DNA of 64,000 nucleotides. Source: the human T2T-CHM13v2.0 reference genome, Homo sapiens. The notes beneath the pieces are model-generated. The model worked only from the letters and a program-made list of their open reading frames with translations. It ran no database searches and was not told the origin of the DNA. Shown here piece by piece: positions 1 to 12,084 of the stretch (within the stretch, counting starts at the first letter, position 1; every line of letters begins with the position of its first letter). The stretch lies in the NCBI RefSeq assembly GCF_009914755.1, contig NC_060935.1; one strand, written 5' to 3'. A program made the position numbers and the translations under genes.

Positions 1-1270
1 TATGTCAATTTGTATATAGTCATGCAAATTTAGGATCTTTGTTTTTTATGAAGAAATTTTTCAGCAGGTAAGAGCATTCAACTACCTTTGTAGAATAAAA
101 TTTGACATTATGTTTAAGTATTTTTGTATTTTGGTCATCTGCTTTGGATAGTGCTATACTCCTCTAAAGACTGAGATAATGAGAGGCCTGTGTGGAACTG
201 TGGAAACTGTAGCCACTAGGAACCAATTCTATATCCATGGATCAGCCATTTATACTCATGTGTTTTATGATCACACATAGATGCATGAGGTATCTACAGT
301 AACCCTCAATGAAAGAAGCATTGCTTTTCTGGACCAAAAGGTGAGTATTTGAAACCATTGACAAGAGATATTCATTGAAAATTTCTGTGATATGTTGAAG
401 TACAGGTAATGTCATAAATACCACATGATTTCATTGGATAAATTCTAATTGGGAAAATTAAGCCAAAAACATGGAAATTTATCACAATATACAACATATA
501 TTTGGTTTTAATATACAGCCACATTGGTTGTCTTTTTCATTCTGCCAAATAAGAAGAAAAACATGTTCCATATTACATGTATAATAAGCCAATAAATTTA
601 TAATTGTAATCTTAGGTTATGGAATGTTATATTTTATATACCATATTCATAAAGGTGAGCAATTACTCAAATATATTTGATTATGTAGTTTAAAATTGCA
701 GATCATGTCAAACGTGTTAGAGTGTGAAGGAACCAATGCCTGTTATGTTCTGGAAGCATAATATGGATTTTAACTTATGAATCTAAAAATTATCCCAACA
801 ATCATACTAGTAGATAAATATGCTGAGGAAAGTACTTAGTCTACTGTCATTTAAATAGATTTATATAACTGTGACTGTGAAATGTAATATTATAGAAGTT
901 TTTTGTTATGGAATTTTATCTTTTAAAACTGGCTTGTTCTTAGGAAACACTGTTAAATCATTTTTTCTAGAAATACGTTAACTTAACGGTTTACATTGAA
1001 AGCCTAGTAATGCTGTCTTTCAGTTTCTAAAGTATTCCATATTTAATTACTTAAACTATAGAGGATCTTAAGTTTTTACAAGTATAAGTACTTAAGTTTT
1101 TAACTATAGAGGATCTCATGTTTTTACAAGTAGACATTTAAATTGCCAAATAGAATTATCCTGTTGAAGTCTAGTTTTGAAGATAGAAGAGGGAAAAGAC
1201 AGTAAACCTTTCAGGAAGTAAGGTGTGAAAAAATAACAGAATTGGCTATAGGCTACATTATTCCCTTTTG
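1..1270 (+). repeat. Segmental/tandem duplication, segment B copy 1 (paralog of 12085-13300)
   Basis: Colinear matches, e.g. gcctgtgtggaa.tgtggaa.ctgtagccactaggaac.aattctatatcc (186 vs 12260) and gctataggctacattattccctt (1245 vs 13274). Confidence 0.92.
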
Positions 1271-3089
1271 TTCTTCAGCAGATGTGTCTCTATCAGTCTA
1301 TAGCTTCAACAATGACAGAACTCTGGAATCAGCTGGAAGAGGTAATGTGAATGAGACATGTGGAATGTTCATCACTGCTGGCTTCTAGAGACAGCTCAAA
1401 CTCTGTCTGCACACATCCTCTTCCACTGCCAGATCTATGTAAATGGAATCATCTTGTCTACATTTGAGGTTTAGTAATTTTGCCATTTTTCTCATCAGCG
1501 AGTAATCAGGAAGTTTGGGTTTTTATTTCTACTTGTCCCATTGATCTCTGTAATTTAAATTTGTCCTTATCTATCTGATCTAGAGACTTTGAGAAATCAA
1601 TGTGTCCTGTTTTTCTTCTGAGCTTTCTTTTTTTTTTTTTATTCACTAGAATTTGGTCTGTGTTAGGCTACCCCAAGAAGCCTCTTGGGTCACCCCAGTG
1701 ACCAACAGGAGGTTGTGCTTCCAGTATTTCATCACTAAAAATCTTTATGAAGATTTTTAGGAGAATAATTGCTTCAATTATCACATTAATCTTAATCTGC
1801 TTATTAATAATTAATAAGAATAATTACAATAATTACTTATTGTTAATTACAATAATTACTGTGTTTCCTGACTTGACTCTTTTTCTTTCATTTTCTACCA
1901 TTTAGCTCTACCTCTGATGAGGGGTCCAACTTTTCCACTATAATTCTGCCTGATCTTGTCAAGATACATTCCATCACAGATAAAATAGGTACTCATACAT
2001 AATTAAACAGGTAGTTACTAAGACATATATTGTGTTCCCCAAAAGCCTTTCCTGAATTATAGGTGTCTTCTTTTCTTTTCCCAGGACTATGTCTATTAAT
2101 CTTTTCAAATTAACAAAGATTCAGATGATTTGTTCTGATCCAATGTTCACAGTGAACACTGTTCTGTGATCAGAACCAATGTTCTGATCACAATGTTCAC
2201 AGTATTTGTGAGTACTCCCGATATCTAAATAGTGTTATAAATAAAACCATGTACCACCATTCTGTTCCTCTTTGTACAGGGTATATTTTCTCCTCTCTCA
2301 CTATCTAGTTCACTTGAAGAATTCAGAAAAAAATACTCACAGCTAATGTGGCAGTTGGTGATAGTCATCAATTAGTTTACTTGAGTTCAAAATTAGTTGT
2401 TGAAAACAAGGATATTGTATGTAAATGTGATAAAGAAATTTGTGGAATAAGTAAGGATAAGATATAGAAACATACATCTTGTTACAAGGCAACAGAGGGT
2501 CAGACCAAATCATTGCCAGAAGGAATAATGTGATAAATAATATTTTACTATTCATACAAGTCAATGTCCAGTCTTTTGACATTTAATGAGGTATTCAAAA
2601 AGACTGAACATTTTTTGCGGCATGAAGGACCAAACGAGTAACTGTGGATTGCCACAGTACTGAGTGAGCTATTTCAGAAGATGTTATTTTTGATGCTACA
2701 CAGATCATAAAGATACCACAACTACAAACTCAAAGTACTGAATCTATGCCAATTTGTTTATTTAAAGTCTGTTACCGCCATGAGAAAGTAACTTTCTTGA
2801 GACAAATAATCTGTTGCCTATTCATCATAGCTGACCTCCATGCCAAAAAATATGTTTTAAATAGGAGTTATGAAATATATGAATGGCTATTGCACCTTTA
2901 ACTCTTCTTCTGTACAGAATATTCACAAAAACTTAGAGGCACAAGCTGTTACCTGTAGGCTCAAACTAAAATCTTTGAGGAGATGAGAAACTCAATAGAA
3001 ACTTACAAAATGTTTATCGTGTGTGTAAATCTGTACTGAGGATACAACGATGAAGAGGTGCTCTGTGACTTCATGGATGTATTCATATT

Positions 3090-3111
3090 CCTGTTCACTA
3101 TTTCATTACAG
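3090..3111 (+). promoter_or_regulatory. Probable splice acceptor of the OR coding exon
   Basis: cctgttcactatttcattacAG lies about 50 bp upstream of the mutated start codon, the usual OR arrangement of 5' non-coding exons plus one coding exon. Confidence 0.5.
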
Positions 3112-3162
3112 GTCCTGTTCTCCTGAGCTCTCAACTGTGACAGAAGCCTTAGAGAAGAGTAA

Positions 3163-4120
3163 AGGGGACTGAGTAATAATATTACAGAATTTGTCCTCTT
3201 GGGCAACACTCAGTGTCCTGATGTGCAAAATGCATTATTTGTCATGGTTTTACTCACATACATTGTGAGTATGGCGGGAAACTTGCTCGCTGTGGTGGCT
3301 ATTATTGCCAGCCCCTCCTTTGGCTCCCCAATGTACTTCTTCCTCACTGCCCGTTATTTATGGATGTGGCATATTCCAATACCATTTCTTCCAAATTGAT
3401 TATAGACTTACTCCATGACAAAAAGACTATTTTCTTCACAGCATGCATGGGGCAGCTATTTATAGACCACTTATTTGGTGGTGCTGAGGTCTTCCTACTT
3501 GTGGGGATGTCCTACGATTGCTATGTGGCCATCTCTAAGCCACTGCACTATTTGACCATCATGAATCAACAGGTTTGTATCCTTCTGTTGGTGGTGGCTG
3601 TGTCTGCAGGTTTTGTGAGCTGTGTGTTTCAAATTGTTGTTGTGTACACTCTCTCATTCTGTGGCCCAATGTCACTGACCACTTTGTCTGTGACATGTAC
3701 CCATTACTGGAACTGGCGTGCACTGATACCTACTTTATAGGCCTCACTGTTGTTGCCAATGGTCTAGCAATCTGTATGGTCATCTTCACCTTTCTACTAA
3801 TCTCCTATGGAGTAATCCTAAACACCCTTAAAACTTATTGCCAGGAAGGGAGGTGTAAAGCCCTTTCTGCCTGCATCTCCTACATTACAGTCACTGTCCT
3901 GTTTCTTGTTCCCTGTGTTTTCCTTTTTGTTAGACCTGTTTCAAACGTTCCTATTGATAAATTCATGACTGTGTTTTATACAGTTATCACACACCCATGT
4001 TGAATCCTTTAATATACACACTGAGAAATTTAGAGATGAGAATTGCTGTAAAAGCCAATGTAAAAAAACCCTGGCATAAAAACTTAACTATAGTTAGAAT
4101 GAGTGTTCCTCTTCTTTTAG
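3163..4120 (+). pseudogene. Olfactory receptor pseudogene, family 4 subfamily A (OR4A5/OR4A15-like)
   Basis: Joining the ORFs gives (R)[36 protein letters not shown]../[47 protein letters not shown]../[68 protein letters not shown]. Lesions: expected ATG is AGG (3163), frameshifts near 3351, 3668 and 3990, and DRY is DCY. The exact paralog cannot be assigned by eye. Confidence 0.95.
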
Positions 4121-5496
4121 TAGAGGTGTACATAGACAACATCTATCCTGCGAGATTGTTAGACTTCTAAGTCAATTAAGGTTTCCTAGTTTGGGAAGGC
4201 AGGATTTTGAAGCTCCCCACTCAATTAAGATGTCATCCCATCATGGCATCTCTTTGATATTCAAGATCTCAACTTCTATATCCAGACTGAGTGTGGATGG
4301 GATCCTTGGGTGCAGTTTCTACTGTGCACTTTTTAAATTATGGTTTTTCTCTATTTACAAATCCATTGAGACAGTGTATTTCTTCCACATGCCCAGCACA
4401 TAATGGAGAAAGAGAGGACTAGGCAATTAAAATAGATCCTCCTGTTCACAAGTGAAGCCTATGGTGCTTGCTTTAATATACTCACAAGCAGCATACTCAC
4501 AAATATCTTTGAAACTGGCCCTTCTCAGACTTGGGCTGAATGTCTATGTGCAGTGAGCTAATACCCTTAAGAATGTGAGAATTATGTTTGTCTAGTTTAA
4601 AGTGTTTATGAGAGGGTCTTAACATCCACAACTTTGAAATGACATTTATTTTGATGACCTTTCTTACCTTTAGAGTACTTAGCTCTTTGCAGAGACTGGA
4701 AAGAGAAACTAGTTCTATTTCTGAAAGCGCAAGTTCTGGCTCTTTTATGTTTCTTGTAAATTCTGTTTGAAAATGTAACAGTTAATCTTTTAAGTTATTT
4801 TTTATAAAAAAAATCTAATGCCTTACGGTAAGATACATTGCTATAAGAAACAGTGGTAACTTTTCATATTCTACTTGGAAATTTTAGCCAAAACCACCTA
4901 TTCACTTAGGTACAATTTTTATTTTCTACTTTACTACAGGTGACAGAATTACTAAACGTTTCCAGCACTGGATAGTGACTAAGTCTCTTCCCTTTCCTCC
5001 AGAACATTTACTTCTGTCTTTACAGCCTTCACTCACAACATCCTGGAGGCTTCTATTTTTGGGCACTACAGCCAATGCAATACACACTGAATTGTTGTTA
5101 CGGAATCACCACACTTTGAGGTGCCACTTTTTATTCTGGTCCTCCCTTCAGGCATGGTGCAAGGCTTCACAGTTTTTGTGAGTTAAAACCACCACCGTTT
5201 TATTTTATTTAAAACTTTTGTGTGCCAGAAATTCAGGCAGGTTGGCTTGGTATTTCTTCTGCTTTGGAGTATAGGACTGAAGTCACTGCCTTATTCACCT
5301 AAGTGGGTAGTCTGTAGGATGCAGAATAACTTAATTCACATTTATAATATATTGGAAGAGATGACTGTAAGAGATCCCTGGATCCTTCTTCCTATCCATT
5401 TAGGTGAAGAACCAGAAGAACCAAAAGTATAGTCAGGTGTTTTACATGGTGCTCAGAGATCCTAGTGGTAGAAAGTAGAGATGTCAGGCCAGTTAA

Positions 5497-7143
5497 TGGG
5501 TAGGGACAGAGATCAAAACCATGTCATTCTGCTCCTCACCTCCCTAAAATCTCATGTTTTTCTCAACTTTCAAAATACAATCATGCCTTCCCAACAGTCC
5601 CCCAAAGTGTTAACACATTCCAGCATTAACTGAAAAGTGCACAGTCCAGTCTTGTCTGAGACAAGGTTAGTCCCTTCCACCTAAGCATGTAAAATCAAAA
5701 GTAACCTAGTTACTTCCAAGGTACAAAGAAGATATAGGAATTGGGTAAATTCTTTCATTCCAAAATGAAGAAATCAGCCCAAAGAAAGGGGTTACAGGCC
5801 CCATGGAAGTCTGTAATCTGGCAGGGCAGTCACTAAATCTTGAAGTTCCAAAACAATTACCTTTGACTCCATGCCTCACATCCAGGACATGTTGGTACAA
5901 TGGGTAGTCTTCTAAGGCCTTGTGTAGTTCCACTCATGTGGCTTTATAGGGTTCAGCCAGTGCAGTTGCTCTTAATGTCTTTGGTTGGTCTTGAGGGGGC
6001 CCATGGCTTTTCTAGGTACAGGGTGCAAGCTTCTGGTGGATCTACCATTTTGGGGTCTGGAGGATGGTAGTCCTCTTCTCACAGCTCCACTAGGCAGTGC
6101 CCCAGTGGGTACTCTGTGTGTGGGATCCAACCACACATTTTCCCTCTGCACTGTCCTAGTACAGATCGTCTGTGATTCTCCACCCATGCAGCAGGCTTTG
6201 GTATGAAATTCCAGGCTTTTTGATACATTCTCTGAATCCTGGTTGGAGGCTCCCAAGCCTCATCTCTTGCAGTTTGTGCACCTGCAGGCTTAACACCACA
6301 TGGAAGCCTTCAAAATTCACAGCTTTCATCATCTGAATTGTACTTTGGCCCTTTTTAGTCACAGCTGGACCTGAAATGGCTGGGATACACACAGCAGTGT
6401 CACAAGGCTGCTGAGGGCAACAGGGCCCTGAGACTGGCCCAGAAAACCATTCACTTCTCCTAGGTCTTCCGGCCTGTGATGGGAGGGGCTGCTGAAAAGA
6501 TCTCTGAAATGCCTTTGAGGGCTTTTCCCCATTGTCTTGTTGGTTAGCACATGGCTCCACTTATGCAAATTTCTGCAGCCTGCTTGAATTTCTTCCCAGA
6601 AAATGGGCTTTTCTTTTCAACCACATGGCCAGGTGGCAAATTTTTCAACCTTTTACACTCTGCTTTCCACTTAAATATAAGTTCCAGTTTCATGTCATTT
6701 CTTTGCTCATTTGTATGAGCTTAGGTTATTAGAAGCAGCCAGGCTAAATCTTGAATGCTGTGCTGCTTAGAAATTTCTTCTTCCAGATACCCTAAATCAT
6801 CACTCTCCAGTTCAAAGTTTGATGGATTGATGGAAAAGGGACACAATGCAGCCAGACTTTGCTGAAGCTTGGCAAAAATGACCCTTATTCCATCCAGTTC
6901 CCATTTAGTTTTTTGTTTCTTTCTGAGACCTCCTCAGTCTAGAGTTTACCATTCATTTCACTATCAGCATTTTGGTCACAGCCATTCAAACTTCTCTAGG
7001 AAGTTCCAAACTCTCTCTCATCTTTCTGTCTTCTTCTAAGTCCTCTACACTCTTCCAGCCTCTGCCTGTTACCCAATTCCAAAGCTGCTTCCACATTTTC
7101 TGGTATCTTTATAGAAATTCCCCACTCTTTGGTACTAATTTTT
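5497..7143 (-). mobile_element. MaLR (MST/THE1-type) internal sequence with a ~30-bp remnant of the 3' LTR
   Basis: Typical MST/THE1-int sequence (caaaatacaatcatgccttcccaacagtcccccaaagt; ggtggatctaccattttggggtctggaggatgg; ccccagtgggtactctgtgtg). LTR-start remnant gggtagggacagagatcaaaaccatgtca at 5497-5527. Confidence 0.85.
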
Positions 7144-7559
7144 TGCATTAGTCCATTCTTGCATTGTTATAAAGAAATATCAGAGAGACTCTGTAATTTA
7201 TTAAAAAATAAGTTTAATCAGTTCATTTTTCTACAGGCTGTAACTGAAAGCATGATGCTGGCATCTCCTCAGCTTCTGAGGAGGCCTCAGTAAATTTACG
7301 ATCATAGTGGAAGGCAAAGTGGGAGCAGGTACTTCTTACATGGCAGGAGCAGGAGCAAGAAGCAGAGTTGCCACACACTTCTAAAAAACCAGATCCCATG
7401 AGAACCCACTATTGTGATGACAGTATCAAAATTAGATGATGTTAAATCATGAGAAACTTCCTCCATAATCCAGTCACCTCCTACAAGGCCCTACCTCCAG
7501 CATTGGGGGTTACATTTCTACATGAGATTTGGGTAGGGACACAGATTCAAACAATATCA
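7144..7559 (-). mobile_element. MSTA-like MaLR LTR (5' LTR of the element above)
   Basis: tgcattagtccattcttgcattg.tataaagaaata...catgagatttgggtagggacacagattcaaacaatatca, with TG..CA ends and ~415 bp length. Confidence 0.88.
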
Positions 7560-7899
7560 TTTTTAAAATATCATTTGGACTACTCCATTTCCTTCTTTAT
7601 CTTTTATCATCTTCATTTATTCATATTTATGATTTGTTTTTATTCAGTTTTATCAACAGAGCCATTTATTGCACTGGGAATTTTTTTCCAAATAATATAA
7701 TTCTGAAGCAGAGCATTAAATACCTTCATTTAAGTTCTCCCACTCATGTGAAAAGGAGGCTAGTATATTTTCCTGGCAGTAACTGACTTCATGTCATATA
7801 TGAGAGAAACAATTAACAGTTTTATTCTCAAGATTCAATAGAATCTCATGGGAAAATAATAATCATGTCCTTTCTAGGAATTATTATCCATCTATGTGC

Positions 7900-8740
7900 T
7901 CCTTTCCCATCTGCTATGATTTTTTTTCAATAACTTATTACTCTTTTAAACCCAATTTTAGCTTTTATTAAGTCATTATTATGTGGGTTGTAAGGGGTAT
8001 AATATGTCCATGTGACATACTTTTTAGCCCATTTATGTCCATGGGCTATGAGGAAATCTCCGTCTTGGATAAATGAGATGTAATTGGTTGGGCAAATTGG
8101 TATTATGTAGTGTTTCTGTAGCTTGACAGTGTTGTCACTTGTGGCTTGGGTCACAGGCTAAGTGAATTACAAAATAGAAAAACGTGTATTTAAGGATAAA
8201 TCTAATTGACACCACTAGGATCTATGGCTAATGGTCCTATGAAATAGCCCACAAACTGTGTTGTAATATTTGACCCTAGCAAATACTCCTCAAAGTTTTA
8301 CAGAACTTTATTCTTCACCACATTTTGGTTGGCTTAGTGGGCTATGTCATTATTCTGCTCATCATTATATGTTATTCATGCATATATTAAAGTGGCCACC
8401 ACCTGAAAAGCCTAGGCCAGAAGCATTATCTTTGTTTTTTGAGTCAAAACCTGGGTTCTTTGTTGGATCCTATGCCCACTTATAACTTCCCTCAGAATAC
8501 TTTTATGACCTTCCATAATAGCATTCTCTCTTGCCGAATTTCTTGGATATCCATTCATTAGAGGCTTTTCTGCCTCTTTTTTTGTGGTAACCAAATGGTG
8601 AGGTTACCACACAGGAGCATGAAAATATGCAGACATTGCATGGATAAACAAATGCTACGTGTACTGAAGGATATGCTGTTAATACATATATTCCAGAGCT
8701 GCAATCTAGTCCATGCTCCCATCCACCATGACCCTGAAAT
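7900..8740 (-). mobile_element. Highly decayed ERVL-class pol (RNase H/integrase) remnant
   Basis: Minus ORF 7927-8154 (..ISFIQDGDFLIAHGHKWAKKYVTWTYYTPYNPHNNDLIKAKIG..) resembles the retroviral integrase core pattern SDqG.hF....qWA....W.yH.PY.Pq..GlIER.NG. Boundaries are approximate. Confidence 0.5.
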
Positions 8741-8777
8741 CCTCAGTCTTAAAAATACCTGGGACTACATAACATGC

Positions 8778-9130
8778 TAATATAGTTTGGCTGTGTCCCC
8801 CCCCAAATCTCATCTTGAATTTTAATCTCCATTATCCCCATGTGTTGTGGAAGGGACAAGGTAGGAGGTAATTGAATCATGGGGGTGGTTTCCCCCATGC
8901 TCTTCTCTTGATCATGAGTGAATTCTCATGACCTCTGATGGTTTTATAAGTGTCTGGCATTTCTGCTGCTGTCACGCATTCTCTCTCCTGCTACCCTGTG
9001 AAGAGGCATGATTGTAATTTCCTGAGGCCTTCCCAATCATGCAGAACTGTGAGACAATTAATCCTCTTTTCTTTATAAATTACCCAGTCTTGGGTATTTC
9101 CTTATAGGAATGTGAGAATGCACTAATATA
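8778..9130 (+). mobile_element. THE1 (THE1C/D-like) solo LTR
   Basis: taatatagtttggctgtgtcccc..caaatctcatcttgaat...ctttataaattacccagtct...cactaatata, with a perfect 5-bp TSD catgc (8773-8777 and 9131-9135). Confidence 0.92.
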
Positions 9131-10153
9131 CATGCATTTCTTTTTTTTTTTTTTAAAAACAATGAGTGTATACTGTAACTATATTTAATTTTCTAGCTTG
9201 GTAATAGGTAAGGATTGCAGATAATTTGTATGGACAATGGGAAATTTTTGGCAACTTCTACATTAGTTAATATTTTTTGTCTACTTTTTATTATTGGAGC
9301 AAGTAAATTCAGATTCTGTGCTGTTGTAGGCATCATCCAATGTAACAAACACTTTTATGTCATTCTGAAAACATTAGTGGTTATTTGAATTCAGATAGAA
9401 GGGACACAGAGAATTATGGCTTATTTTCATATTAGTTCACCATCTTGGAGTCATAATTAAATTCATGATATCTTTGATCATATCTGATAGTTATTCAGAA
9501 TTAAAGATATGTTTGTGCATCTTTTACCACTTACCAATAAGTGAGCACAGTGCTTATAGACACAGTCTTTAAATTTTAGAATTCATACATATGACTTTGG
9601 GGTGGATGTATTTAATCAGTTTATTAGGTAAGTTGAAAATGATCAACATTTAGTGGAGCCTGTTACATGATAAACTCCTTAGCTCGTTCAGATAAGTATT
9701 TATGGGACTCTTATCTAAGGCTCTTATGACACAGAATATCCAGTATTTAAACATATGATGAGATGAAGATGTTCAATGGAGCCAGTTGTAAGCTAAGTCA
9801 TGGAAATAACAATTGAAGTGCTTAGGCACTGCTCTGTTGTGGGAAAATACAAATTTCTTTATTGTAGAAACAGTTACTGAATTGATATTGGAATAAAATT
9901 AAAGGATTGAATTAATGGACTACAGATCACTATGGTCATATGTAACATAGATTCAGGCTTTGATCAAAAGCCTGTACTCTAACCTAAAACTGCAGAACTA
10001 TGATGATCTGTTTGCCAAGAATCAGAATGTCAACTTTGGTTCTTAGGCTCTCTGCTTCTTAGCCTCAGGGCTTCTTGGGAATGGACCTTCTAACAGTAAG
10101 GTTAAGGCCCTCTTCACTGGGAATATGCTCAGAGAAGAGAACCTGGGCCTTCC

Positions 10154-11248
10154 TGTCAGGGGAACCTGTCCCCAATATTTCAACATAGGTTATTTCTATT
10201 TTCCCTAAGTGTTGGCTGGTCTGAAAAATAAAGAAAAAGAGTACAAAGGGAGGAATTTTAGGACTGGGCCACCGGGGGTGACATCACATATCTGTAGGTC
10301 CGTGATGTCCACCTGAGCCACAAAACCAGAAGGTTTTTATTAAGGACTTTAAGAGGGGATGGGGTGTACAAACAGGGAGTAGGTCACAAAGATCACATGC
10401 CTTAAAGGGCAATAAAGATCACAAGGCAAAGGGCGAAGCAAAGATCACAAGGCAAAGGACAAAATTAGAATTACTGATGAGGTTCTATGTTCGGCTGTGC
10501 ACATATTGTCTTGATAAACATCTTAAGCAACAGAAAACAGGGTTCAAGAGCAGAGAACTGGTATGACCAAAATTTACCAGGCTGGAATTTCCCAATCCTA
10601 GTAAGCCTGAGGGTAGTGCAGGAGACCAGGGCATATTTCAGTCCTTATCTCAACTGCATAAGACAGACAATCCCAGAGCGGCCGTTTATAGATCTCCCCC
10701 CAGGAATGCATTCCTTCCCTAGGGTATTAATTATTAGTATTCCTTGCTGGGAAAAGAATTCAGTGATATCTCTCCTACTTTTATGTCTGTTTATAGGCTC
10801 TCTACAAGAAGAGAAATATGGCTCTATTGTGCCTGACCCTGCAGGCAGTCAGACCTTATGGTTGTCTTCCCACGTTCCCTAAAATTGCTGTTATTCTGTT
10901 CATTTTCAAGGTGCACTGATTTCATATTGTTCAAACACCCATGTTTTACAATCAATTTGTACAATAGTGGTCCTGAGGTGACGTACATTCTCAGCTTATG
11001 AAGATAACAGGATTAAGAGATTAAAGTAAAGACAGACATAAGAAATTATAAGCGTAGTATTTGGGAACTCAAATGTCCATGAAATCTTCACAATTTATGT
11101 TCAGAGATTGCAGTAAAGACAGGCATAAGAAATTATAAAAGTATAAATTTTGGGAACTGATAAATGTCCATGAAATCTTCACAATTTATGTTCCTCTGCC
11201 ACGGTTCCAGCCAGTGACTGTGTTCAGGGTCCCTGACTTCCCACAACA
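10154..11248 (-). mobile_element. MER11 (HERV-K11/HML-8) solo LTR
   Basis: The reverse complement starts tgttgtgggaagtcagggaccctgaac. Length ~1.1 kb, internal ~87-bp tandem repeat (11017-11193), 6-bp TSD ccttcc/gcttcc. Confidence 0.92.
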
Positions 11249-12084
11249 GCTTCCCATTCATTCTGGCTTAAATATTATTTGTGTTACCTCAGCATTTCAG
11301 AATATGAAACTCATAATTTATTGTCCAATTTTCTTTAGAATATATTTTTCACATTATAGGCTTTTCACATTACTTGGCGTTTAGCTAGTCTTTCTTGGGG
11401 AGACCCAAGTCTTTTTTTCCTCTAGAGGTTTTCTAAGCGAAAAAAAGAGTACAAAAAGATTATGTTATTTGAATTTATTCCAAATATTCAAATTAACTAA
11501 TCTATAATGACCTTACTGCCTCTTTCATTTAAAGTAGTGGTGATGTAAAACTCATAGATTGTGTTTACACATAAATGGGATAATTATTTTCTTGATAGAA
11601 TAACCCAAGAGATATCTGAATTAAATTTCTGCCTAAGGTAGAGTATGTCTTCAGTTGGTATCTAGTCCTCTATGTGTGATGTTTTCTTGCCATATGCTCC
11701 ATTTCTTGTAAAAAATTGTGAAAATTATGAATTTACTGGGATTGGGGGGAGATATAGGGACATGCTTTTAATTAGGAAAGAAGTGGACTTAGGGGTACGC
11801 TATTTGAATGACATTTGAATGACTGAGAGACTGAAGAGTTTGGTTTCTTTCTGTGAGAAAACTCTGTCATTGGTTTTTCCATGAAGTTAAATTTCAGCAT
11901 TTTCCTTGTTAGGTGCAAACCTTAATAGCTGGGCACATGAATCTTATGAATCCTCAGTCACAGTAAAGTACTTATGGTTGCTTCACCATAATCGAGGAAA
12001 TTTTCACTAACAAATTTTAGTGTTGGTACATTTGTATTCTTGGTCATAAAATAAGGGGCTTGTGCAGGTACATTTCCACCAATT

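Larger units (their letters stand above)
8741..11770 (+). repeat. Segmental/tandem duplication, segment A copy 1 (paralog of 18113-20012; carries an extra MER11)
   Basis: Shared cctcagtcttaaaaat..ctgggactacataacat, a shared THE1 insertion, and colinear unique sequence through gagtatgtcttcagttggtatctagtcctcta to gacatg. Confidence 0.92.

Noticed and set aside
3199-4003. Functional olfactory receptor
   Set aside because: Start codon lost, three frameshifts and a mutated DRY motif.
4500-5495. Possible old LTR-internal (MLT/ERVL) sequence
   Set aside because: Too diverged to assign a family or boundaries by eye. Needs RepeatMasker/Dfam.
5706-6732. Overlapping ORFs on both strands
   Set aside because: Decayed MaLR internal ORF and its antisense frames.
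11017-11193. ~87-bp tandem duplication as a locus-specific event
   Set aside because: Lies inside MER11, whose subfamily consensus sequences, as I recall, contain this repeat.
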